From the NCBI GenBank assembly GCA_958296135.2, contig CATQHZ020000001.1, forward strand, positions 2,496,001 to 2,560,000: a DNA stretch of 64,000 nucleotides, given 5' to 3'. The notes beneath the pieces are model-generated. The model was not told the DNA's origin. It worked only from the letters and a program-made list of their open reading frames with translations, and did not search any database. The translations under genes were made by a program, and so were the position numbers. Below, in pieces: positions 7,900 to 18,872 of this stretch; within the stretch, counting starts at the first letter, position 1; each line of letters opens with the position of its first letter. The stretch comes from an uncultured Poribacteria bacterium (GTDB taxonomy: Bacteria > Poribacteria > WGA-4E > WGA-3G).

Positions 7900-8721
7900 T
7901 CACTCCTGAAACGGAGACAACTGCGCCTTTAATCTCCCCAACACCTCATGGTAGATTTGGGTCACGCGCGGCGCAGAGATATCCAACTGAGCTGCAATCT
8001 CTGTCCCTTTCACCGCTTCAATCGTTTTTGAGACCACTATCCTTTGCTGCCGCTCGGTAAGCGACGACAGTCCCTCCCGAACCTGCTGCCTCACTTCCGC
8101 ACGAACCACATCCGCTTCTACGTCCACAGACGCATCTGCAACGAAGTCACCAACAGACATGTCGCTGTCTTCATCCCCAACCGGTGCCTCCAGCGAAATC
8201 GTTCCTTCCCGGAACAGCAGAATTTCTTCTATTTGTTTGACGGTTAACTCCACGGCTTCGGCGACTTCGGCGTGCGTCGGTTCGCGCAACAGCGTCTGAC
8301 ACAGCGTCGCCCAAGCGGCGGAGACTTTGCCACACTGCCGGAGATGACCGGGAAGCGCGGTAAATCCAGAGTCGCGGCGAACCGCCACCTGAATCGCCTT
8401 CTCAATGCCGCGCGTTGCATAGGTGCTGAGTTTACACCCCTTCCGGTAATCGAATTTATCCACCGCCTTTACCAATCCCATATTTCCCTCTTGAATCAGG
8501 TCTTCAAGGGGCACCCCGTTGTTTTGGTATTTCCGTGCGATAGAAATGACCAGGCGCAAGTTCGCCTCGACCAGCTCATCGCGTGCGTCGGCATCGCCGG
8601 CTTCCATTTGCTTGGCTAATGCTACTTCCTCCTCCCGCGATAACGGGCCGTGCGTCTCGGCACACTGCAGACAGCACGTTAACGCATCCGGCGCACTGAG
8701 TGTAGGAGTGAACTGTTTCAT
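7900..8721 (-). CDS. Sigma-70 family RNA polymerase sigma factor, RpoD-like but divergent
   Basis: PLSREEEVALA, LVEANLRLVISIARKY, DLIQEGNMGLVKAVDKFDYRKG, ISLEAPVG, region 4 HTH; SD AAGGAGG. Confidence 0.92.
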   Translation of the reverse strand: MKQFTPTLSAPDALTCCLQCAETHGPLSREEEVALAKQMEAGDADARDELVEANLRLVISIARKYQNNGVPLEDLIQEGNMGLVKAVDKFDYRKGCKLSTYATRGIEKAIQVAVRRDSGFTALPGHLRQCGKVSAAWATLCQTLLREPTHAEVAEAVELTVKQIEEILLFREGTISLEAPVGDEDSDMSVGDFVADASVDVEADVVRAEVRQQVREGLSSLTERQQRIVVSKTIEAVKGTEIAAQLDISAPRVTQIYHEVLGRLKAQLSPFQE

Positions 8722-8780
8722 TGTGAAACCTCCTTGCGTAAAAATTGGAACCGTTCAACGGTATTTCAATCTCTATATAT

Positions 8781-8809
8781 AGTATAGGAATTAAATGGCA
8801 AAAGTTTAG
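8781..8809 (-). promoter_or_regulatory. Putative promoter of the sigma gene
   Basis: CCTAAA-N17-TATACT in an AT-rich intergenic region. Confidence 0.45.
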
Positions 8810-9002
8810 GGTAAAATGCACTTTTTTTGCGGTTTTTTTTACTTAATTCTCAAAAAAACGCAAAATGGCGATGTTCACGCGTGCATGTTACCGGTGCCAC
8901 TCTTAATAGGTGCGCATTTTTCGGAAATGTCAACTTTTTCTGCAAAGAAGTAAACCGTAACAAAAAATCCGCGGACGTGGAAAACACGCCCGCGGCAGAA
9001 AC

Positions 9003-10115
9003 CTAGTGACGCAGGCGAGGGCCGTCTTGGGACTCCCGCACGCGCGAAAAAGGTGCATCCGGTGCATTCTTCGCCTTTATCCGCCCCCACTGCGTCGTTA
9101 ATTTACCTGCCGAGGAGACCGACAAAGGATGCGATGTCCAATCGGCCGCCCAGTCATCAGCCGGGTGCTGCGTCAGGTTGGTTATCTGCCGGGTGGACAA
9201 CTCATAGCGATAAATCTCATAGTTGCCGCCCGCCCGATTCACCAACCCATTTTCTATCCCATCGAAAAGCACCGCTGTGCCATCCGCCGCCCAGCAGACC
9301 CCGCCTACCCACCATGTCGCAGGAACCGCCAACACCCGCGGATGGGAACCATCCCGCCGACGGATAATCAGACGATTGGCGACCCGCTTAAACATGTCGG
9401 GACCGACATCAAACTCCCTCTCATTATACAGCAGGTAGTCACCATCCGGAGACCACCGCGGGTGATGACTCATGAAAGTCTTCCCTAGAATCGCCGGGAC
9501 TAATGCCTTGACAAGGGGCCGGTTGCGCTTTCCGGTAGCATCCATCAGATAGATGTGCCGCCCTTGCCCCGGCAGCGACATTTGATAAGCAATCTGCCGC
9601 CCATCCGGAGACCAGGCGGGACCCGTGGCGTAACCGCCGACCGCGGCACTGTCTGTCAGTTGTCTCACGGCACCGGTGGCGATATCCATCACGTGAATTT
9701 CAAAGGCACCGCTTCGATCACTCAGAAAAGCAAGGCTGCGTCCATCGGGAGCCCAACCACCATTCCCATCTAATGCCGGGTGTTGTGTCAGGTTTCGCTG
9801 TCTTGTCCCATCTGCATTCATAAGGAATACGTCTATATCTTGCCCCTGTTCTGGGACCTCCGAATTGAGATCCGCAGAAAAAATAATCTGTGCGCCATCC
9901 GGAGACCAGCGCGGGCGACTCTTATAGAGCAAATCGCTCGTGATCCGGCGGACATAGCTGCCCTCATCGTCCATGACGTAGATGTCGCTTTCATAGATGT
10001 CAATGCTGCCCTCGCGATCCGAGATGAAGACAATGTCGGCCGAGGCAACCGCCGCCATCAACACAAAGAGCAGACTGACCACTATCAGTTCAGATGAAAG
10101 GTTGTGAATGCGCAT
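9003..10115 (-). CDS. Secreted TolB-like (PD40 repeat) beta-propeller protein with WGxIK tail
   Basis: Signal peptide; repeated WSPDG/WAPDG; LSVSSAGKLTTQWGRIK; paralog of 4580-5629. Confidence 0.85.
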   Translation of the reverse strand: MRIHNLSSELIVVSLLFVLMAAVASADIVFISDREGSIDIYESDIYVMDDEGSYVRRITSDLLYKSRPRWSPDGAQIIFSADLNSEVPEQGQDIDVFLMNADGTRQRNLTQHPALDGNGGWAPDGRSLAFLSDRSGAFEIHVMDIATGAVRQLTDSAAVGGYATGPAWSPDGRQIAYQMSLPGQGRHIYLMDATGKRNRPLVKALVPAILGKTFMSHHPRWSPDGDYLLYNEREFDVGPDMFKRVANRLIIRRRDGSHPRVLAVPATWWVGGVCWAADGTAVLFDGIENGLVNRAGGNYEIYRYELSTRQITNLTQHPADDWAADWTSHPLSVSSAGKLTTQWGRIKAKNAPDAPFSRVRESQDGPRLRH

Positions 10116-10180
10116 GGTGATTCTCCTCCCAAGAAGAAAGCGTGTGCTGCGCGCCACCTGACGCGCAGCACCTGGGACGG

Positions 10181-10687
10181 TTATTTCTGATAACGACGCT
10201 TAATTTCCACTTTCCAGCCATCGCGCGCCCCTCGCGCCCGAATCGCAACGCGGGTATACGCTGACAGCGTAAACTCATCGCCTGGGTCTAACTCAGGGAT
10301 GTCGTTGAGATCGAGGCGCCGCCCGTAAATCGGCTCCATATATACCGCACCCGCAGGAAGCCGGCGGTCCGATCTGACTTTCTTGTTCTCGGTGCCCGTT
10401 TCCAGGATGGCGTGCTGGAACTCGTAGTCAAACCGGGCAGGGAACCCACTCTCGTTGGATACCGTGAGATAATGCGAACTCCGCGTATACGGCCGGCTGT
10501 AGCCAATGCCCCACAACTCCACAGAACCGTAGACACCGCCTACCCATCGGGAATCCGATATGGCTGACGCATCGGGTGGCACAGTGAAGAGACACATCAG
10601 TGCCAGCAAGCCGATTACCGATAGACGCACTGTCCATGCGCCGCGCTTAGTCCCCGTGCGAGGGAAACTGAAAAATGTCCTAAACAT
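10181..10687 (-). CDS. Hypothetical secreted protein (168 aa)
   Basis: SD AAGGAGG; long signal peptide ending ASA; paralogous pseudogene at 5689-5956. Confidence 0.75.
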   Translation of the reverse strand: MFRTFFSFPRTGTKRGAWTVRLSVIGLLALMCLFTVPPDASAISDSRWVGGVYGSVELWGIGYSRPYTRSSHYLTVSNESGFPARFDYEFQHAILETGTENKKVRSDRRLPAGAVYMEPIYGRRLDLNDIPELDPGDEFTLSAYTRVAIRARGARDGWKVEIKRRYQK

Positions 10688-10870
10688 CTTTCTCCTCCTT
10701 TGAGGAAGCACGGAAGGTGATACCCCTCTCTTGGATATCCAAACCGCTTGGACTTTTGAGGAACCAGACCTCCCACCTTCGCTTAACTCTAATTATACCC
10801 TCGGCGGCCAGAAAATTAAGGCCCTTTTTCACTTTTTTCACGAAAAAAACGCCATTCGGGCAAAATGTTG
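10688..10870 (-). promoter_or_regulatory. Conserved promoter + structured leader, copy 3
   Basis: CTTAAT (10815-10820)-N17-TATAAT (10792-10797); same leader hairpin. Confidence 0.8.
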
Positions 10871-10948
10871 GGAAAAATGGGAAATTGCAAAAAAAAGCCG
10901 CCGTTGTGAAAACACAACAGCGGCGAAAAGAAAATAAAGATTCCGGCA

Positions 10949-11536
10949 TTAACCAGATGCCTTATCAGAAAACTCAACGAAACGATAGATGTGCCGCAAA
11001 GGCAACTCGCAGTCAATCGAAACAACACGTAGCACATCCGTGAGTTCCCGCAATTCCTCAAAAATCCACTTTTCCCCCTGGCGAAGATAGTGCTCAACGC
11101 GAACATCGTCTTGTGAAATCAAGATGTATTCCTGCACAGATTCCACCCGCCGATAGTAGGCGAATTTCTCACCCCGGTCTCTCGATTCTGTTGATGGCGA
11201 AAGCACCTCTACCAAAACAAGCGGATTGATGAGGGTATCAAAGACATCATCCTCAAAACGTGGCTCATCACAGACAACGGTGACATCCGGATAAAGGTAA
11301 GACGTTACGGGGCTCGTTCCCACGCGCATATCGCTACCGTAAACCCGGCACCCCCGTTCTACCACTTGGTTGTAAATCCCATTGATAGTATTCACGGTAA
11401 TGAGATTATGCGCGTTACTTGCTCCGGGCATTTCAATAATTTCTCCATTGAAGTATTCGCTTTTAAATTCTGATTTGCGCTCAAAAGCAAGGTATTCCTC
11501 TGGCGTTAAGAGGGTTTGCACTGCAACAGATGCCAT
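10949..11536 (-). CDS. Uma2 family endonuclease-like protein
   Basis: TPEEYLAFER..KSEYFNGEI, YPDVTVVC, NPLVLVEVLSPST...DRGEKF..Y. Confidence 0.92.
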   Translation of the reverse strand: MASVAVQTLLTPEEYLAFERKSEFKSEYFNGEIIEMPGASNAHNLITVNTINGIYNQVVERGCRVYGSDMRVGTSPVTSYLYPDVTVVCDEPRFEDDVFDTLINPLVLVEVLSPSTESRDRGEKFAYYRRVESVQEYILISQDDVRVEHYLRQGEKWIFEELRELTDVLRVVSIDCELPLRHIYRFVEFSDKASG

Positions 11537-11556
11537 AGGTGCCTCCGCTAAAATAT

Positions 11557-11594
11557 ACCCCGGTAGGCGTGCTGTGTCCGCGCGCCTACCGGGG
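11557..11594. repeat. GTAG-type REP-like palindrome
   Basis: ccccggtaggcgtg..cgcgcctaccgggg; family copies near 18061, 20079, 20850, 28550, 31421, 31538. Confidence 0.75.
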
Positions 11595-11607
11595 AACTCT
11601 GACGATG

Positions 11608-12015
11608 CTATAGATTGCTCGCAACCTTAACCCGGTTCTGCGCGCGGGCACGGGCCGCCTCCGCACGCTGAACGTTCAAATCCAGCGCATTTGCGGCGAG
11701 ATGCGCCTGCGCGCGTTCTAACGCAGTCGCCGCACGCTGAACATCAATCTCCGATGCCCACTCGGCTGTCTCAACTAACGCTGTAACGCCGGTGCGGAGC
11801 ACCTCAAACACGCCACCGCTCGTCGCTAGCAACTGCGGCGTATCTCCCTCACGGATACGGAGCTCGCCGACTTCCAAAGCCGTCAGGAAGGGGATGTGCC
11901 CAGCGAGGATCTCAAAGTTACCCTCAACACCCGGTGCACGGACACTCGTAACCTCCCCTTCATAAATCAACTTTTCTGGCGTGCGAATTTCAAGGTGAAA
12001 ACTTCGACTTAACAT
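11608..12015 (-). CDS. atpC: ATP synthase F1 epsilon subunit
   Basis: LEIRTPEK, GVEGNFEILAGHIP, C-terminal helices; position in operon. Confidence 0.95.
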   Translation of the reverse strand: MLSRSFHLEIRTPEKLIYEGEVTSVRAPGVEGNFEILAGHIPFLTALEVGELRIREGDTPQLLATSGGVFEVLRTGVTALVETAEWASEIDVQRAATALERAQAHLAANALDLNVQRAEAARARAQNRVKVASNL

Positions 12016-12023
12016 AGTGTTTT

Positions 12024-13741
<1,718 letters not shown>

Positions 13742-13744
13742 GTC

Positions 13745-14071
13745 TCATCTCCTTTTGCGTCGCCGACGCGTAAACGGAGGAAATTCCCACTGATTTTCAT
13801 CAGGAATGTAAGCCGTCACAAATTCAATATAAACAAGATCGGCATATTCACAGACGACGTGCAGGTAAACTGTGACGTTTTCCACGAGTGTTGAACGTCC
13901 ACAAATTAATACCCGCTGTTCTTGGCGATACTCTTCAATGATGACTCCATTGAGAACCGCCTCTACGATATGTTTTCGTTCAAAACCTTCCTTTGCAGCG
14001 TGCTGAATTGCATGCCCTTTAACAAGGTAGTTGCCAACCTGAATTCTCTCACGAATAGTTTGCAAATCCAC
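13745..14071 (-). CDS. DUF4258 family protein (putative toxin)
   Basis: Y...HA, NGVIIEEY...RVLICG...LHVVC...VTAYIPDENQW...TRR; GTG start inferred. Confidence 0.8.
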   Translation of the reverse strand: MDLQTIRERIQVGNYLVKGHAIQHAAKEGFERKHIVEAVLNGVIIEEYRQEQRVLICGRSTLVENVTVYLHVVCEYADLVYIEFVTAYIPDENQWEFPPFTRRRRKRR

Positions 14072-14102
14072 TTGTTGGGCTCTCAATTCCAATTTGTGCT
14101 CG

Positions 14103-14576
14103 TTACAGTTGAGGGCATGCCTCGTGAAACCGAGCCAGGGCCTCAGCGGCATTCACCAACGCCCACTGCCGATTTCGGGCTGGCATCATGAGATTCAGAC
14201 GCTGGATTTTACGGTTCACGCTCTCAAACTTGGCGCGATACTCCGCAAGTCCGCGAGCGCGCTCATGCTCAAAACTCCGTATGACAGCTGCCCCTCGGCT
14301 CGGCTGTTGCCGCACGATGGCAGCCAGGCGTTCGCGGCGCGCGGTGAGATTCGCGAGCAGCTTGTCCAACTGCGCCTTGTCCCGCTGAATCTCCTTCTCC
14401 AATTCAATCCACCGTGGCGCGAACCCGTTCTCTTTCAGCAGCCGATTCGCCATCCGAACTTGAGGCGTAATGAACGGATTCGTATCCAAGTTGAGCGGCT
14501 TGCCTTTGCCCGGCAAGTTAGTAAACTCGCCGCGTTGCATCGCCTTTTCAATCTGTTCGTCAACATTGATAGGCAT
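14103..14576 (-). CDS. DUF1992 (DNAJC28 conserved domain) protein
   Basis: VDEQIEKAMQRGEFTNLPGKGKPL...ANRLLKENGFAPRWIEL. Confidence 0.9.
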   Translation of the reverse strand: MPINVDEQIEKAMQRGEFTNLPGKGKPLNLDTNPFITPQVRMANRLLKENGFAPRWIELEKEIQRDKAQLDKLLANLTARRERLAAIVRQQPSRGAAVIRSFEHERARGLAEYRAKFESVNRKIQRLNLMMPARNRQWALVNAAEALARFHEACPQL

Positions 14577-14724
14577 TTGAAACCTCCTCTGCGAGGTAGG
14601 CGCGCCTGATGAAGATTAAAAAATAAACGGCTTATGTTTCCCCGATGGAAACGGGCAGATATAGAAAGCAGTTTTTCGCCCCGGTTCATCAACAATATAT
14701 TTAGGATTGACAGTGAGCAGCACT

Positions 14725-15591
14725 TTATCCCTCCAGGGCCGCCGCGCCACTGACAATCTCGGAGATTTCGGTTGTGATTTGCGTTTGGCGTGCCCGATTC
14801 CGCTGAAGAATGAGCTCGTCGATGAGCTCGTTCGCCTTCTGCGTCGCATTCTCCATGGCAGCCATCCGCGCCGCTTGCTCCGCAGCGTTGGAGTCCAAAA
14901 GCACCTTCCACATCTGCATGTTCAAGTCCTTGCTGAGCAGCATCTCAAAGAGTGCCTCCTGCCCCGGTTCATAGACATAATCTAGGAAGAGCTCATCGCC
15001 TTCAGGGACTTCGGGCTCCAACGGGAGAAGCTGCTCAACCAGCACCGTTTGCAAAATCGCCGACTTGAAGTTGTTGTAGATAACCTCAACCCTATCGATC
15101 TGTTTGTCAACGTAGAGCTGCTCAAACTCGTGGACGACATCCACAGCCGTCTGGAATTCCAGCTGGCGGAAGATATTGACATACGCGTCCGTAATATCGT
15201 AGCCGCGCCGCGAAAAATGTTCGTGCGTCCGTCTGCCGATGCAGATGAGCGTCACATCCGCACCGTTCGCCTGATAGTGCTGCGAACGCTGCGTCGTCGT
15301 GCGGATAACGTTGCTATTGAAACTGCCGCACAACCCCCTATCTCCCGAAACTGAAATGAGACAGACGTGTTTCACTTCTCGGCGTTCCAGCAAGGGATGC
15401 GTCGGGTTCTCGATTTGCGAGATAAGATGCCCCAAAATGGTGTCCAATTTCTCGGCATAGGGACGTGTCGCGGTGATGTTCTCCTGCGCGCGGCGGAGGC
15501 GCGCCGCGGCAACAACGCGCATCGCATCCGTAACCTGCGCGATGTTCGTAATACTCGCGATGCGCCGCCGAATTTCACGTAGTGTTGCCAT
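14725..15591 (-). CDS. atpG: ATP synthase F1 gamma subunit
   Basis: DRGLCGSFN, EQAARMAAMENAT, NRARQTQITTEISEIVSGA. Confidence 0.97.
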   Translation of the reverse strand: MATLREIRRRIASITNIAQVTDAMRVVAAARLRRAQENITATRPYAEKLDTILGHLISQIENPTHPLLERREVKHVCLISVSGDRGLCGSFNSNVIRTTTQRSQHYQANGADVTLICIGRRTHEHFSRRGYDITDAYVNIFRQLEFQTAVDVVHEFEQLYVDKQIDRVEVIYNNFKSAILQTVLVEQLLPLEPEVPEGDELFLDYVYEPGQEALFEMLLSKDLNMQMWKVLLDSNAAEQAARMAAMENATQKANELIDELILQRNRARQTQITTEISEIVSGAAALEG

Positions 15592-15629
15592 TTTTTCGTA
15601 CTTCCTACCGGGTGTTTAGCTGCTCTTGG

Positions 15630-15850
15630 GCAGATAACGCAGATAACGCAGATAACGCAGATAACGTTGTCGCATCATGCCAAAAAACGTTGTCTTTTCT
15701 TGCATGGTGTAGGACAGGTTTCCATCGCCCTACGAGACGATGAAGAAGGCACTCCCCGCGTAAGCAGAGACGCAGTGAAGCGTAGGAGAGACCTCCCGGT
15801 CTCGATTTTCCCTATAGCTCCCCGCGTAAGCAGAGACACAGCGGAGCCTA
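15630..15850. repeat. Composite repeat-rich spacer: (gcagataac)x4, GTAG REP and ~30 bp direct repeats
   Basis: 9-mer x4 at 15630-15665; ctccccgcgtaagcagagac at 15752 and 15818 flanking the REP at 15782. Confidence 0.75.
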
Positions 15851-15903
15851 ACCCTGCCAAACTTGGTTTATCAAACGCTTGGCACCAATACGAAAACCCC
15901 TGA

Positions 15904-17433
15904 TTATGCAGCCGCTGTCGCTCGGTTATCCTTGAACGTCTTGACCGCGGCGTGCAAATCCTCAAGCACTTCATCGCTCAGTAAGCCGGTCTCGGAGATC
16001 TCCGTGAGCATCTCGGCGTGATGCCGGTCTAGATACTGCAGGAATTCGGTTTCAAACCCCGCAACTTCGTCTTCCGGTACATCGTCCAAATAGCCGTTCG
16101 TGCCACAGAAAATGGAGGCAACCTCACGTTGGACCGGCATCGGGGCATATTGCGGCTGCTTAAGCAACTCAACCAGCCGTGAACCGCGCCGAAGCAAGGA
16201 CTGCGTAGACGCATCCAAATCTGAACCGAATTGCGCAAACGCGGCGACCTCGCGGAAACTAGCAAGATCGAGTTTCAGGGTGCCAGCGACTTCATCCGAT
16301 TTCATCGCCTTCACTTGCGCATCGCCGCCGACACGGGAAACGGACGTGCCAACATCAATGGCAGGCCTCACGCCCTGGTTAAAGAGATCCGTGGTGAGGT
16401 AAATCTGTCCATCGGTGATAGAAATGACATTCGTCGGGATGTAAGTCGTCAAATCGCCTTCAAAGATTTCAATAATCGGCAGCGCGGTGAGGGAGCCGCC
16501 GCCCAAGGCATCGCTCAACTTCGCCGCGCGCTCCAGCAATCGTGAATGCAGATAAAACACATCACCGGGGTACGCCTCGCGGCCGGGGGGACGGCGAGAG
16601 AGCAGCGACATCTGGCGGTATGCCCACGCATGCTTCGTCAAGTCATCGTAGATGATTAAGGCGTGTTTGCCGTTATCCATGAAGTACTCGCCCATCGCAG
16701 TGCCGGAATAGGGCGCGAGATACTGAAGCGGTGACGGCGCGCTCGCTGGCGCAGAGACGATGGTGGTATATTCCATCGCGTTATGCTCACGGAGCGTGTT
16801 GGCAACCTGCGCCAACGTAGAGCCTTTCTGCCCAACGGCGACATAGATGCAATAGACATCTGTCTCTTTCTGGCTCAGAATCGTGTCTAACGCGATGGCG
16901 GTTTTGCCTGTCCGCCGGTCGCCGATGATGAGCTCGCGCTGTCCCCTACCGATCGGTGTCAAACTATCTACCGCCTTTAAGCCGGTGTAGAGCGGTTCGC
17001 TGACAGGCTGCCGTTGGACGATGCCGTAGCCTTTCCGTTCAACCGGAAGCGTCTGGTCTGTCTGAATCTCTCCCAGGCCATCAATCGGCTGACCGAGGGC
17101 ATCGACAATCCGTCCGAGGAGTGCTTCGCCGACAGGGACTTCCGGCAGCCGTCCTGTGCGCTTGGCGACATCACCCTCGTGGATGAGCTGGTCTTCGCCA
17201 AACAGGACACATCCGACGTTGTCTTCTTCAAGATTAAACGCGATGCCGTAAATGTCGTTTGGAAATTCGATCATCTCACTCGCCATGGCATTCGCGAGGC
17301 CATGCACGCGCGCGATGCCATCGCCAACCTCTAATACCGTGCCAGCATCGTAGACATCTACGTCCTGTTCAAATTGGACGAGCTGCTGTTTGAGGATATT
17401 TGATATTTCGTCCGGTCTGACTTCTCGTGCCAT
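15904..17433 (-). CDS. atpA: ATP synthase F1 alpha subunit
   Basis: [50 protein letters not shown]. Confidence 0.98.
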   Translation of the reverse strand: MAREVRPDEISNILKQQLVQFEQDVDVYDAGTVLEVGDGIARVHGLANAMASEMIEFPNDIYGIAFNLEEDNVGCVLFGEDQLIHEGDVAKRTGRLPEVPVGEALLGRIVDALGQPIDGLGEIQTDQTLPVERKGYGIVQRQPVSEPLYTGLKAVDSLTPIGRGQRELIIGDRRTGKTAIALDTILSQKETDVYCIYVAVGQKGSTLAQVANTLREHNAMEYTTIVSAPASAPSPLQYLAPYSGTAMGEYFMDNGKHALIIYDDLTKHAWAYRQMSLLSRRPPGREAYPGDVFYLHSRLLERAAKLSDALGGGSLTALPIIEIFEGDLTTYIPTNVISITDGQIYLTTDLFNQGVRPAIDVGTSVSRVGGDAQVKAMKSDEVAGTLKLDLASFREVAAFAQFGSDLDASTQSLLRRGSRLVELLKQPQYAPMPVQREVASIFCGTNGYLDDVPEDEVAGFETEFLQYLDRHHAEMLTEISETGLLSDEVLEDLHAAVKTFKDNRATAAA

Positions 17434-17503
17434 ATTTGCAATTCTCCCCTATAGACATTAAGGACCTAACGTTCCTTTATGGAAATGGGGTCTTTTCCTT
17501 TTG

Positions 17504-18043
17504 TTATCCCTTTGCAAGCTGCTGCTTCAACCGGCGGAGTTGCGCCGCGACGCTTGCATCAAAAACAGTATCCCTTAGCTGCACAATGAAACCGCCCTGA
17601 ATCGCCGAGTCAACTGTCATTTCTAGCCGAACCTCTTTGCCCGAATACGCGCGCAATTGCTGCGTGAGCAACGTCTGCTGCGCCGCTGTCATCGGGACAG
17701 CAGTTGTTACCTTCGCGACAAGCCGGCCGGCGGCTTCATCGAGAATTTGCAAGAAGACATCCGCTATCGCAACAAGGTAGCGTTCCCGCTGTTTGAGCGC
17801 GAGGAGGCGCAGGAAATTCAGCGTCAGCGGATGCACGGTTTCCGCGAAAAGGGTTTGGAATGTCTCACCCTTCATCTGCGGCGACAGCATAGGGCTGCTG
17901 AGGAATTGCGCGAATTCTTCAGACTGTTCAACTGTCTGTTTCAGCGCGTTTACATCCGTAACGATAGGGTTCAAGGCGTTTTGCTCGACGGCGGCATCGT
18001 ATAGCGCGCGCGCGTAAGGTTTCGCAACCCGAACGTCTCTCAT
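17504..18043 (-). CDS. atpH: ATP synthase F1 delta subunit
   Basis: VAKPYARAL, VDSAIQGGFIVQ...DASV. Confidence 0.93.
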   Translation of the reverse strand: MRDVRVAKPYARALYDAAVEQNALNPIVTDVNALKQTVEQSEEFAQFLSSPMLSPQMKGETFQTLFAETVHPLTLNFLRLLALKQRERYLVAIADVFLQILDEAAGRLVAKVTTAVPMTAAQQTLLTQQLRAYSGKEVRLEMTVDSAIQGGFIVQLRDTVFDASVAAQLRRLKQQLAKG

Positions 18044-18197
18044 AATATGTCTCTCAGCAATAGGCGCGGTTTTCAACCGCGCCTACCGAATCAGATTTCA
18101 GATTTCGGAGTGGCGCAAAGCGTTTGAGAAGCGTTTTTCAGCTAATGACGCTATCTAGCCAGTCCTGCTTGCGGCTTTGTCGCAAGCTTGCATCACT

Positions 18198-18848
18198 TCA
18201 CACCCGCCTATTCGTATCTCGCTCGGGCAACCGACGAATAGAAGCATCAATAATCTGCTGGTGTCTCTCCGCATTGAGTTCCGCGCTGATAATTTTGCCG
18301 GCGGCATCAATGGCGAGTTCGGCGACAACACCACGCAATTCTAAAATCGCCTCGTCCTTTTCCCGCTGGATTTCGGCGCGGGCTCTTTCGACTTCATCAG
18401 CCGCCTCTTGCCGGGCTTGTGCCAGAATCTGCTGACGTTCAACGTTGCCCTGCTCAATGGCGGCTTGGATTTTCGCCTGCGCCTCCGTCTCAATATCACT
18501 TAAACGCTGGCGCGTCTCGGCTGTGAGCCGGTCCAATTCTTCCCGGTCTGCCTGCAACTGTGCCGATTGCTCCGCGACCTCGTTGCGGCGTTCATCCAGA
18601 AGCCCGCCGACTTTGCCGAACACAAACTTCCAAAGCACCAAGAGCACGACGAGGAAACCGATAACTTGGATGATAATCGTCTGCGGATCGATCCCGAGGA
18701 GGGCCAAGAGCCCTCCTCCACCTTCAGCATGCGGTTCATCAGCGGCGAACGCGTTCCCCGCAGCAGCAAACCCTAGCAGTATCAGAAACACCGCGAGTCG
18801 AAGCGGAGCGCACCAGCGGCGCATAGTTTGGTAGATTTTTTTTACCAT
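18198..18848 (-). CDS. atpF: ATP synthase Fo b subunit with N-terminal signal-like extension
   Basis: TIIIQVIGFLVVLLVLWKF..LDER followed by coiled coil. Confidence 0.92.
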   Translation of the reverse strand: MVKKIYQTMRRWCAPLRLAVFLILLGFAAAGNAFAADEPHAEGGGGLLALLGIDPQTIIIQVIGFLVVLLVLWKFVFGKVGGLLDERRNEVAEQSAQLQADREELDRLTAETRQRLSDIETEAQAKIQAAIEQGNVERQQILAQARQEAADEVERARAEIQREKDEAILELRGVVAELAIDAAGKIISAELNAERHQQIIDASIRRLPERDTNRRV

Positions 18849-18872
18849 CTTTCGTATCCCGTTGCCGTTAAC

